This document shows, one piece after another, positions 38,661 through 51,151 of a stretch of DNA of 64,000 nucleotides. The notes under the pieces were generated by a model. The model saw nothing but the letters and a program-made list of their open reading frames with translations. It did not search any database and was not told the origin of the DNA. The number at the start of each line of letters is the position of its first letter. Position 1 is the first letter of the stretch. The stretch lies in NCBI RefSeq assembly GCF_964355755.1, contig NC_092680.1, forward strand, positions 5,208,001 to 5,272,000. Direction: 5' to 3'. A program made the translations under genes and the position numbers. This DNA comes from Antedon mediterranea (lineage: Eukaryota > Animalia > Echinodermata).

Positions 38661-38734
38661 CTTTAAATGGTGGCCAGACCAGAACTTCTCAATACCCACT
38701 TTAAACTTATTGACAGAACCCTATCTACACTATC

Positions 38735-39115
38735 TACTAGGCCTACAGTAGCTAGCCTATATAATTATTTAGTATTACTAGCCTCTAGTTTAGGCCTATT
38801 ATTAGGCCTACTACTAGGCCTAGCTAGGCCTTTAAGTCTGGATCAACTGCCGTTTTGGCTCCGGGCCTAGGCCTATAGTAGTAGGCCTAGCCTAGGCCCT
38901 ATAAGGTTAGGCCCTATGCCTAGCCTAGCCTCTAGTCTAGGGCTAGCTAGGCTCCTACTAGTACTACTAGCCTAGCTCGCACTACTGACAGGCCGCGGCG
39001 TATGCTCTAGGCCTAGCCTAGAGCCTAGCTAGTAGGCCTAGCCTAGGCCTAGGCCCTAACTAGGCCTATATAGCCTAGGCTATAGTAGGCCTAGGCCTAG
39101 GTACTTGGTAGCCTA
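38735..39115. repeat. TAGGCCTA/CTAG-rich low-complexity tract in the AGTPBP1 first intron
   Basis: Dense repeats of taggccta, cctagg and gctagc. Confidence 0.85.
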
Positions 39116-39160
39116 ACTTTTAAATAATAGATTCGCTTTATATTAACGAGTAAAATTTAC

Positions 39161-39395
39161 CTAAAAAGAACAATTATTGTTTAGAAACCTATTTCTGTTT
39201 CCACCCACGGCGGGTTGCTTGTTTGTTTTTTTATAATTTTAGATCTCCTCCTCGGTCCCTTTTTTTGTCATCGTTATTTTAGAGAGGGCGACATGTTATA
39301 TCTAAGGAAAAAAAACATTTATGTTGTTGTTATAGAGGGGGTACTTTTTGCACGTCAGCATTAGTATTTTTTTCAGCAGAGGATCTGAAGCAACA
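39161..39395. promoter_or_regulatory. Bidirectional promoter region of AGTPBP1 and HM13, including the probable non-coding AGTPBP1 exon 1
   Basis: Minus-strand donor ttag|gtaaat at 39159-60 lies about 235 nt from the HM13 ATG; locally CpG-richer; flanked by a TAGGCCTA-rich tract. Confidence 0.6.
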
Positions 39396-39584
39396 ATGGC
39401 GAATTCGGAAGCAGATGTTAGCATGGAAAACGCTACTTTAAATGAAACTTTGGCAAATGCCACCGGTAGAATCCCATCTACTCCCGAAGGAATGGCTGTG
39501 GCATACAGCAGCCTTTTAATAATGGCTTTACTACCTATATTTGTTGGATCTTTTCGTTCTGTTAAGTTTTTAAAAGACCGCAAG
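39396..39584 (+). CDS. HM13: HM13 exon 1
   Basis: MANSEAD...PSTPEGMAVAYSSLLIMALLPIFVGSFRSV |gtaagc. Confidence 0.92.
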
Positions 39585-42500
39585 GTAAGCCGATTTCACC
39601 ACGCACCATACGGACGGGACGGGAACGAATGGGTGCAGGGTGCAGCAGCCTGTTCGAATCCACCGGACTGATAGGCCTACTAGGCTAGGTCCTGCCTGGG
39701 GCTGAGTGCGAACAGCTGTATTTCTAAGCACATATAATAATGTGGTTATTGGTGTAAATTATTATTATTTTCTATCGTCACTGTTTACCGTGCGTGTATA
39801 TGTAACTAAGTAAAAGTTTTAAATATTTTTAGATTTGAAATAACAATAACATCGAAATTGATTTGATTGATTGATGTGAATCTGATAAATAATAATGATA
39901 TTATGATGGTCTTTAATTTATAAATAAAACGGTTATATATAAAATAATTATACAATAATACACTGATGATAAGTAAAAAGTGTTTTGTTTTTTTGTAGCT
40001 AAATGGAGAAGCAGTTGAAACGATGTCAAGTAAAGATGCGGCAATGTTCCCTGTATATGCCAGTGCTGCTCTGTTTGGTATTTACTTGGTATTTAAGGTA
40101 AACACCACCATAACATTCAGAACTTTTGGTAGTAGGGGAAAGACCACTAACAATTGGGAACCTTGCGATGATAGGGTCAACAACAACATAGTATGTATGC
40201 TTTGTGTTAACTAAACCAATTCAATCTTTCGAGCTTCTTAAATCTTAATCCTTGCTTAGAAACTTGCTTCTCTTCGACCAACTGTTGACCTGTCCTATTG
40301 TCCTCCATCTCTTTTTAAACTTAATTCTTTTGATAATAGTCAATATTTTTTCTTTCATATTTTTTCCACAATTTCAAGAATATTAAAATAATATTTTTAA
40401 CATTGTTTTCATTTGTTGTTGTTTGATTTCACCATTATATCAATGCACTATCAATACATTTATGATATTATTTTCACAATAACATATTGCAGGAATTAAT
40501 TTTCTAATACTCTGAAGATTAGTTATTAGATTATCTCATGACTTAGTTATCTAATGTCACATGTTTTATTGTACAGTGTAGCCTACAATGATGTAAGTAT
40601 CAATTAACATGTATAAATGTCTACCACATATTCTACCACGTAGTAAAAATGAAATTTTTTTTAAATTTATTAAAATATTTTCTCCATTGAAGTATATTCA
40701 CTACCATAATATATTAATTGAAGTACCGTAAATGTTTTGTTTGATTTTTTTATCAGAAGAGTCTTTAAACTTGCTGTATATCATAGTAGTTCAATATATT
40801 TGTCCAAAAAGAAATTCATTTGAAGATTAACTAAAGCCTATTTTGCACTAGTCAAATTTGTTAGCGCCAATCAAAAGCTTGTCAGCTTTAAATTATACGC
40901 ATACATATTCATGTTTCCATCTTTCTACAAAATATGCTTGCGTATAAGCTGGCACTTTGTTCCGCACGAACAGAAGTGGAAACAGACGTACAGTAACAAA
41001 GAAAGTTAAAACAGAGCTACAAAAATATTCAAAACAATTAATGGTGATTTTACTGAATTGATTAAACAACTTGAATAGAATAGAAAATACAATAAAGAAT
41101 TAAGGAAGTGTTTTGTTCTAAATGAACAGACCTTATCTTTGTAAATCTTATCTTTGCAGTAGACATTGTCTTTTTTGTATAAGCATAGAGAAATAAGATA
41201 ATAAAGACCTAATTAAATAATAGTTGTTTTATTTTTATTTTTTAGTTTTTTTCCAAGGAATACATAAACCTTTTACTGACGTTTTATTTCTTCTGTCTTG
41301 GAGTACTTGCTATTGCCCACATTCTTAGGTGAGTAATATCAAAATAATTACCTGGCCTGACTGTATTTTTAGTTTCTTTCAAATTGCGAAAATCACAATT
41401 TTTCTTTATATTTATTCCCTAACCATTTATGATACAAGGCTTTCTAGCAAGTTTGCTTATTGCTAAGCATTTGTTTTAATTTTGCCCACGGTACATTGAT
41501 GCTTGTAAAGGCGCTATATAATTTGAATTGTTAATGTTAATACAGTTTTACAAACATCTTACTTACAGACCTTTTGTTAATTTGTAACCATTGTTTTTCT
41601 TTTGATAGGTACAGTACATAGTCTTCACATTTTTCTTAAGCTCTGTCTACACTATCAAACTTTATGTGACAAAAAAGTGTGATGTATCCAAATATGGTAG
41701 TGATATGTTCATATATGGGCACATCACATTTTGTTGTTACCTAAAGTTTAATAGTGTAGACAGAGATTTACAGACTTTTTATTCATCAACGGTTTTGTTT
41801 TTCTTTTCATAGCCCTATTGTACACAAACTTCCAGACATTTTCACAAATGTTCCATACCACATGATATTCACACAAGGAGAGGGGGAACAAAAGGAAGGT
41901 AAAGTACAGATTGATTTGTTTTCTCTACAAAAATATGCAAATTAATTGCATGGATGAGCGCTTTTCTGTAAGCACTCATTAAATATGATTTATTTTTTAG
42001 GTTAATTTACACCTTTCTGTGATACTAATAGTAACTAATTTCATTGTTTCATTGATATGTTAATGTTTTTATTTATTATATTAATTACACAGTCGTGATG
42101 AATAATTGAATAATTTCATTCCATTAAACATTATTGCACTAAAAGACAATCATTAAAATATACTTTATATATTATTTTTACAGAAATAGTAAATCAAGAA
42201 TTTGATCGCAAAGACCTCTTGGCGTTGGTGGTATCAGCTGGATTTGGTATTTGGTACCTTGTTCAAAAAGTATGATTGCTTTCGTTTGTATACATTACAA
42301 TGTATCCTCAACTCCTGTTGATCTTTCTATAGTTTAACTACAATCTAAATCAAAACAATTTTGTGATTTTTTTCCTTCCAACACACACAATTACATTGTG
42401 GGTACTCCTAGAGAGTAAATAAACAAAAAACGTTATTAGTTATTGAGTAACCACATCCGGACCAAAACTTGTTCTTTTGACTGAGAAAGACCTGCCCAGA

Positions 42501-45476
42501 AAAGTCATGCACAAGAAAACCAAACATGGACACATAACCTTCTTGGCACATATAATAGGGACCTTTCTTTTTATGATGCGCCCCTAGACTGCTTGCCTGT
42601 GGTGTCAAAAATACATTTAATTCTGCATATGTTAGGAAATACATATTTGCATGCACAATATATGACTGTTGGGTTGCTTGCCACATTTTTGTGAAAACGA
42701 AAGGTCGACGTAATAGTGTCAACTTTCAGAGCAACTCTTCTTGTCCACATCTATGCTAACTTGTTTTTTATCCATAATGTTATAACATAGTCCTAAATCT
42801 TCAAGATCTAGATAGTGGTAGATTTATTGCTTTCCCTTCTCAACAAGTAGTTGATATTATATAACACCTAAATAAATTCCTGTCATTTGATTGGACGATT
42901 GTGGGTCACATGGCGTGCAATAGTACGCACTATTAAACGATCGTTTAATAGTACTTTTTGAAACATTTTTGTGTACGAAAAAAAAACGTCTCGCGGATGA
43001 AAAAAAATCTAGTACACAAATTATCCTATGATATGGCTATGTACTGTGAAATACAACAGCGCCACCTGTCGTCTGGTCTCAGTTTCATTTGTAAACACCA
43101 CCGTGAGATATGCAACAGCAGCAGATATTTGTATACGATTTGGACATTATGTACTAATTTCATTCAAAAAGGCATTTAAATTAGATCGTTTTTAGGATTT
43201 TGATTAATTAATGGGGACATCCCTACAAGACGTGGAATTGTTGGAAAAACCATAATTAGCTTAGATAAGTTCCAATTGTCTGTCGAAGTTTTGCCTTTCA
43301 GCCAAGCTAGTACTAGGCTACTAGGTCTAGCCTAGGCCATGCTAGTATTAGGCTAAGCCTAGCCTAGGCGTTTTAGCCTTGCTAGGCCTAGGATTGTTTG
43401 TTCGTTTGTTGACATAATTAACACAAAAGTAGGTGTGTTTACTAAATCCATATAAATATAACATTTAATATAACATTATTAAAAACCAAATGTTACTGTT
43501 TTTAATCAAATGTGTGTGAATGAAATGTAGTAAGCTTTGGCTAGGGCTACCTTTTATTTGATTCAAATAACTAGAATTTATTTAGATGTTATATAAAACA
43601 AATAATGAATGTTTTGTATTCGTGTAATGGTACAAATAATGGCACTTGGTGAATGATGAAAGGTTATATCAACTCGGCTTTGCCTCGTTGATATAACCTT
43701 TCATCATTCACCTCGTGCCATTATTTGTACCATTACACTCATAAACATTCATTATTTGTATACTACTGTATTTATTTACTATACTATGATTTACTAATTA
43801 CAATACATTTCTTGTCTATAGCACTGGATTGCAAACAATGTGTTTGGTCTTGCATTCTCAGTGAATGCTGTTGAATTCCTTCAACTCAACACTGTCATCA
43901 CTGGTTGCATTTTACTGGGTGGTCTATTTTTCTATGATATCTTTTGGGTCTTTGGGACCGACGTTATGGTTACTGTTGCTAAGTCTTTCGAGGCACCAAT
44001 CAAATGTAAGAGTTTTGTTTTCATTACATTTTTGTTTAAATTTAGAATCATTTAAATGAAACTGTATAATCAATTGAATTGATTGTTGGGTTAGAATCCC
44101 ATTAGAACGAATGATATTATTATTCAATGCAATACTTCATCCTTGTATATTTTATTTCCTTCCAGTGGTATTCCCGCAGGATCTGTTAGAAAATGGTCTT
44201 GCTGCCAATAACTTTGCAATGCTTGGTCTAGGAGACATTGTTATTCCTGGAATCTTTATTGCTCTACTTCTTCGATTTGATGTTAGGTAATTATGTTTCC
44301 ATTTTAAATTATGTCTTATTTACTTTCTCTTATAAATAAATTTGATTTGTGTACAACATTCTATTGGACTATTATTTTGGTGATAGGAGTAATTGTACAG
44401 GAGTAAGAGTGACGGATCAATTTATAAAGAGCCGTTATATTGATATTATTGACAGAGCTACCCAACTCTAAATGAAATAAATATAATAATTGTAATTTGG
44501 TTAACCGTCATGTTTCTAGCTTTTTGTATTAGGTGGTCTATCCTCTATCACTGTAGAACACCTATTGTTATTTTGTTTTTATAATATTTGTCTTTATATT
44601 TTATTTACTATAGTAAGAAGACAAACAGTCATTTGTATTTTTATTGTGGATTTTTTGCGTACATATCTGGACTTGTAACCACCATCGGCGTAATGCATTT
44701 CTACAAACATGCTCAGCCAGCTTTGCTATACCTTGTTCCCATGTGCATTGGATTCCCTTTGTTTGTGGCTCTTATCCGTGGTGAAATTAAAGATATTTTA
44801 AAGTAAGTGTCTTTTTTATTTCAATAAAATTTAGAAGCATTAATATTGGTGACTAAACTCACTTATGAATGTGTTTGGTAATCTTCTGTATATGCTTGTG
44901 TAATCCCACTTTTGGTCTAAATTCACAAACACGCATATCCCAGGATATAGTCCCAGTATTGACTTTTAGTCTGGTTGTAGGCCTCTCTCTAGCCAGTTCA
45001 GATGAGCTTTTACAAGAAATGCTCACCAATCGTTCCAGAGATTCCCCAGGTATAGTCCCACCCCTCAAAGTCGGTTCAATTTCGTGTTCTAGGGGGAGGG
45101 AGAAGGGGATTTTACCAGAGGATGTATGGTAATAGTAATAATAATAGTATATTGAGCAATGCTCTGTAACTGACAACATTCCAAATTTAGCTAAACTGTT
45201 TCTATTATCACTATAAATACAGAATATGTAGTATTTTACTTTCAATTAATTACTTATGTTATTGTATTATCAATAAACAATAGAAAATATTCAAGCGAGC
45301 TGTTGTTAGTGTGGCCGTGCATAATTCATAACAGAAAACACCGTATGTACGAGTTACAGTACATTAACGGTAAAATTGTTTTTTTTAGATATGAAGATAG
45401 CCCAGAAGGGACTAAACATGAAGCAGACAATGAAGAAAGTATAAAAGAAGAAAGTGATGAGAAGAAATCAAAATAG
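39396..45476 (+). CDS. HM13: Signal peptide peptidase (HM13/SPP; GxGD intramembrane aspartyl protease), about 374 aa, 9 exons
   Basis: Exons 39396-39584, 39999-40097, 41246-41328, 41813-41898, 42184-42269, 43822-44005, 44166-44286, 44614-44802, 45389-45476 (1125 nt, in frame). Motifs TPEGMAVAYSSL, YDIFWVFGT, LGLGD, QPALLY and C-terminal KKSK (KKxx ER retrieval). Confidence 0.96.
39999..40097 (+). CDS. HM13: HM13 exon 2
   Basis: LNGEAVETMSSKDAAMFPVYASAALFGIYLVFK. Confidence 0.93.
41246..41328 (+). CDS. HM13: HM13 exon 3
   Basis: FFSKEYINLLLTFYFFCLGVLAIAHIL |gtgagt. Confidence 0.92.
41638..41768. mobile_element. MITE family A copy
   Basis: Both TIRs present. Confidence 0.8.
41813..41898 (+). 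CDS. HM13: HM13 exon 4
   Basis: PIVHKLPDIFTNVPYHMIFTQGEGEQKE. Confidence 0.9.
42184..42269 (+). CDS. HM13: HM13 exon 5
   Basis: IVNQEFDRKDLLALVVSAGFGIWYLVQK. Confidence 0.9.
42858..43760. mobile_element. Non-autonomous element with a 22-bp inverted repeat pair (42858-42879 / 43574-43595) and a long terminal hairpin (43598-43759)
   Basis: tatataacacctaaataaattc matches the reverse complement of gaatttatttagatgttatata at 21/22; ~75-bp arm palindrome with loop at 43674-43686. Confidence 0.6.
43822..44005 (+). CDS. HM13: HM13 exon 6 (YD catalytic Asp)
   Basis: HWIANNVFGLAFS...LFFYDIFWVFGTDVMVTVAKSFEAPIK. Confidence 0.95.
44166..44286 (+). CDS. HM13: HM13 exon 7 (GLGD catalytic Asp)
   Basis: VFPQDLLENGLAANNFAMLGLGDIVIPGIFIALLLRFD. 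Confidence 0.95.
44614..44802 (+). CDS. HM13: HM13 exon 8 (QPALLY)
   Basis: ...VMHFYKHAQPALLYLVPMC... Confidence 0.95.
45389..45476 (+). CDS. HM13: HM13 last exon (KKxx)
   Basis: YEDSPEG...DEKKSK*. Confidence 0.9.
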
Positions 45477-47979
45477 ACTCACACTATTGGATGCTATTAC
45501 AATGTTAAGTATGCTATTGTACAACCAACTCCATACTGTATATGGGTAAAATGAGGCAGAAAACGAAATTATCGCCAATCACGGTAACCTTAAGGAAAAT
45601 AGATTTCGTTGCATTCATTGTACTGTACTTAATATTCTTCTGTCCGTGTCGTTTGTATTGCGCAAAATGGCTTGCTGGTACACGTTGTTGTCGTTAATTT
45701 GTGCATATATCTTCCTTTATTTTAGTAGATTACAAGTTACTGACAACTATCACAATATATGCTGTTACAGTAGTAGTTATCAAATAATAACAGCCAATCA
45801 AAGAATAGTTTTATTGGAATATTTTTTATCATAATGATGATAATGAAAAAACACCACACTGAAACCGCAACATAGAATAAGCGCCATGGCACTTTTTAAA
45901 TCATAGTTTATTACATATTCTTCAAGGTCATAAATTTTAAGATAAATCCTTCGTTTTAATTTTTTATGTACCATAAATTTCATCTACCTGTTGGGGTGAC
46001 TTCGTCAGGATTTGCACCTTTCATACGACAATATTTTGATGAAAAAAATATGACACTGGAACATAAGTTTTAACTTGTCACTTAATCTTATTGTATTACA
46101 TGTCATCGAAACTGTTATCTAAAGAGAATAACTTATTTGTAATTTATGTCTAAAGATTTTCATCTCCCTATCAGGGAATGACGACGCCAGATTGTATGTG
46201 TGACGTCTGAGATTTGGTGTTTTCGGTTTCCCCGGTTGAATGTCCACGTCTCGGCATGTTATTAAACAACCTGGAAACACAAATTACAAATAATTTGTTA
46301 TCGTTTTAAACAAAATCCCATGATTCTTTTCCACAAATAATGATTACATGTATCAGTTTGTAGAGCTTCTCCATATTTAATTATTATTTTAATATTCCTG
46401 TATTGTTGTTTTTTTCCTTTATTACAAAAAAATATTCATTAAAATTTTGTTATTTGTATACACACACTTTCTTAAAGCTTTTTATTACTTTTTATTTATT
46501 TATGTAAAAAAAGTAAATGAATAATTAAAACTTGTGCATTTAAAATTATTATTTATTTACATTAATAATACTACTGTTGGAACAATCTGAATTTACAATT
46601 TGAAACTTGTCATCTTTGGTCAGTTTTAAGTCATTTTTTAAAAATCACTTGTTTTGATTTCCTTTTCGACAGCGCCATGAGCAATGATCGTAGGAATGGC
46701 GCTTTAAAAAAAAACACGATTTATTGAATAAGAATAAATAAGAATATATCACAAAGAATAATAATGTTTTACCAAATGAATTCAATTTTATTGTATTATT
46801 GATGTTGATCTTAATGTGATGTCCCCATATATGGACATAATGATGTCATATCGCTACCATATTTGAGCATATCACCCTTTTTTTTGTCAAGCTAGTTTGA
46901 TAGTGTAGACAGAGCTTACATAAAGAATACTGTAATAACATATTGTCATTGGATTCCATTTAAAATGTTATGTTGATATAAACATCAAGAAGTTTTGGCC
47001 AGTGTTTTCCATTTTATACTATTTGTATAAAATGTTATGCTAAAGTATAAATAGGTTTTGTTAAATGCTTATTGCATTTAGAGGTGACAGAATAATCACA
47101 TTAAGCACCACTCTAGTCACACACTCCATCTCATATGTCATTAAGTAAACATTTAAATGCATTTTAATATTAGCATATCATTATCTATAGGCCTATAAAA
47201 TATAGTAACTTGCGGCTAAAATATTTGAAAAGAGGTTTGTAACCGTGTACTGTATTCTTCATATGGTTTATATTTTAATCTAAAATTCTATTTATTTACA
47301 ATTTTGTTCTTACCTTTTTTTTACTGAAGACTAAAAATGTTCCAATGGATAAAAATATTGTTGGTACCTCAATAAATACAAATTTAATTAAAATAGTTAA
47401 ATTTCTATTCATGATTGAAGCTAAACATTATTTATTTTCATCTGTTGAAACATTTTTCATCTTTTTATTAAGTGCTATTAAAAAGTATATTCTTATTTAA
47501 GCATGACCATTTACATTAACTAACAAATGTCAGCTTTTTATTTGTTCCTTTTAATTTGAAATATTTTGCACATTAATATTTGTATTTGGAAAATAAATTC
47601 ATCATTTCAAATTTCTGGAGTTGGATTAATTTACTGAAAATGTTCCTCGTCAAAAGACGACACGTCAAAATACGAAATGTGTTTCTAAAATCATGTATAC
47701 TGCCCTCTATACATTTGAACAAGCGTAACTCTGTATATCCATTATACTACACTATCTTTGATATCCGTGGACAGATGAATATTATTTTATCCATAGTATA
47801 TCCTTTAGATATTAATAAACTGTATTTATAAACAATTAACATAAAACTACGTTAACACTTGTGTCATCATCGGTTAAGTATATTTAATGCATCCGCACCG
47901 AATCTGTGGCGCGAAATTCAGTTTCGGTCTCAGTCAAAAAACGCCTCAAATCTCGCATTCGAGGCAATTTTAACCACTT

Positions 47980-47993
47980 GTTGCTATAGTAAC
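47980..47993. promoter_or_regulatory. RFX X-box
   Basis: GTTGCTATAGTAAC fits the X-box palindromic consensus and lies in a CpG-richer island. Confidence 0.45.
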
Positions 47994-49548
47994 CCCCTTA
48001 CGTCTTGCCTACACGCATGAATCAGCGAAACTTTCACTTGTCATCCCCCTCACACAAGCATGGCGACCCCCTCGTGTCCATTTTGTGTTAGATTGAGACA
48101 TGATCAATCCGGGTGTCTTGCACCTTTCAAAGACAGTCACCTGGTGGTCGGGAGAGGGGATAAAAGACAGTCGACTCTGGTGATTGTTATCATAATGACT
48201 GCTTATTTTAGGTGTAAAATCAATCCCAGAAATGGTCAACTTGTATCCATCAATGTAGGAAATTACATTACAAAATGTCATATTAACTTACCTTATAGCT
48301 GCTTTAGCCCTATTGAAAAACTCATTATCCTTCTATCCCAGACGCACCCGGACTCCCGTGAGCTTCACCAAACGTCAGGGGTCACTTTTATCTTGTCAAT
48401 TTAACGTATCTGGCAAACATCAATGTATGATGTAACGTATTAATTTATTTTAAGCATTAATATCCTTGACACTACGGCGTACGTGTGTGTGACACGTTGT
48501 CCCCTTGGCCTTTTGGCTACAAAATTGTATAATTTTATGTTCAGCGCAGTGTACGATAAAAAAAATAATGACCTTAAATTTGTATTTATTAAAAAGAACA
48601 CGCTGTAAGGAATCTCCGAAAATTATGCACCAACATTAATGAGAACAATAATATGTAGATATACATTGTACACTGTTAACGCAAGAAGCAGAAAACAGAA
48701 AAAAAAAAGGAAAGGAAAAACAACAGCAGTCGTAGTAGGCCTACGAATTTTAATTTTGTAAACCTCATACTGAAACATTTTCCCACGTTCTCCCCTTTTG
48801 TTACATATAAGCTCTTCTTTAGGCCTACTACTATGCAGTTTCATTGAAGCCAACCCCTTCAATGAATTTGGAACTGAACAAGCGGGACTACAATAAACAA
48901 AACAAAAATCAAGCTTTCTGTTTATAAAAAAAATCGTCAATGGGTTTGTCAAATTACAGACAATCAATACCAATTAAAGCTACCATATATCACTTGAGAG
49001 GGTAACATACCACCCACTGGATGGACTGCCGCCTTGTTTTGTAGTGAGTGTGAATGGACCACAGCACCTGTTGTGAACACCCTGACATCTTTATTGAACA
49101 ACAAAAGGCAGATTAGAGTACTGAGTAATAATCTGAGCCCAATTAGTAAGTTATCCTAGTGATAGATATCAACGAAGAATAGGCAATCATTACGATAGGG
49201 CCTTCACTGCGGAGGTCCTTCTTAAAGCGTGTTTTTAATTGACTCATTAGTTTACCTACCACACAGATGAATAGATCATGGTGACAAATAGAAATGCATC
49301 GTATTTAAGAGCATGATGATGGAATGACAACATTACTATACACAACAAACAAGTTTAGGTTTAAGAAATTTCAATATCATATAATTATATGGTAATGATA
49401 TGACATCATCATGTCCATATACATTGGACACATCACATTTGATGTCATATAAAGTTTGATAGTGTAGACAGAGATTTAATCATTAAATCAATACTCTAAT
49501 GTTGGGGATATAATTCACGTGTATTAAGATAATCAACAGGATTTCTCA

Positions 49549-50029
49549 CCATTACCAGGTTATCGTGACGTCACGAAGAGGATAATCCACATAATTATGA
49601 GGATAATTCTTGTCAACAGACGTGGACTGATCACTAAATAATTTCAGAAAAAAACTCCAAAAAAAGCAACATAATCTTTGCCGTACGGTGCTCCAATAAA
49701 AAGAGTGGTCTCGTCATCCGTGTCATCCTTGGCCATTACCAGGTTATCGTGACGTCACGAAGAGGATAATCCACATAATTATGAGGATAATTCTAGTCAA
49801 CAGACGTGGACTGATCACTAAATAATTTCAGAAAAAAACTCCAAAAAAAGCAATATAATCTTTGCCGTATACGGTGCTCCAATAAAAAGAGTGGTCTCCT
49901 CGTCATCCGTGTCATCCTTGTCCATTACCAGGTTATCGTGACGTCACGAAGAGGATAATCCACATAATTATGAGGATAATTCTTGTCAACAGACGTGGAC
50001 TGATCACTAAATAATTTCAGAAAAAAACT
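49549..50029. repeat. ~184-189 bp tandem repeat, about 2.6 copies, with a displaced partial copy at 50410-50474
   Basis: Units start at 49549, 49733 and 49922 (ccattaccaggttatcgtgacgtcacga...). Confidence 0.92.
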
Positions 50030-51002
50030 AAAACAAGAATATTTCTTACAAAAAACGCTGCTCGCTTATTGTTATTGCTAAGGTCAAGTCTGGGGGTCAC
50101 TTCATCACGCCTAGATACTTCAAGTATCCTATTACAAACAAAAACTTCAATGGACTGTTTTGATAATAATTCAATGATTATCTGACAGCGAATTATATCA
50201 TGGGACTCATTTAAATACCAGAATGCTTTGGGATTTGTCGTTAGACTCTTTTCTCAGCCGTTTTTGGATTCAACAGGTGGTACCAATAAATTATAGTGGA
50301 GTTTCCATTTTAACAAAAATGTCAAAGTGTAGTACTATAAAGCTGCTTGATTTCATCTAATGAATGAGTCATCTCGTGTGACGTAGCGGGCTAGAGCAGC
50401 AGCGTGAAAAAAGCAACATAATCTTTGCCGTACGGTGCTCCAATAAAAAGAGTGGTCTCGCCATCCGTGTCATCATTGGTTCTGCCCACCTCCAACCCCC
50501 GACACCCCTATTCCTATTATTATTTTCGTCCCACTTACCGCTATATCAAATTTCTAGTCCGACAAGTACCACCATCATTGTATATAACCTCTTACCTTCC
50601 AAACTGGGAACATCACCATTTTTCAGATGTTTTTTTTTATCTTGCATGAGGAATCATACCCCTGTGTATCATTTGTCACAACTGTTTTACGGTTCTTACA
50701 ATTTTGTGAGTATTTATTAACGACTTCTTCGAACGTCTGAAAGTGCATTTCGTCGATGGTGGTGCATGTGTGGTTGATCATCGTTGTATGAAGTTCACGT
50801 CCTGATTATAAAGATTTGAGCAACTGTTTATTTACATGGTACAAATCATCTCTCTCAAAAAATTGTTATTTAAAAAATATCGTATTGATAAGGAATATTC
50901 ATACAAATACAATTAGGCCTATACATTCAGTTAAATCTTTCCAGGGACCTCTGCAAGAACTTTATTTACGTAGGCTCGATCACAAGTTCGTCATTAAAGT
51001 TA

Positions 51003-51151
51003 AGGTCTGTCTACACTATCAAACTAGGTTGACCAAAAATGTGATGTGCCCAAATATGGTAGTGTTATACCATATACCACATCATCGTGTCCATAATATG
51101 GGCACATCACATTTTTTATCACATAAAGTTTGATAGTGTAGATAGAGCTTT
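51003..51151. mobile_element. MITE family A copy
   Basis: Both TIRs present. Confidence 0.8.

Noticed and set aside
45000-45030. SECIS-like ATGA hairpin in the HM13 intron
   Set aside because: Lacks the 3' GA of the quartet, and no gene here has an in-frame TGA.
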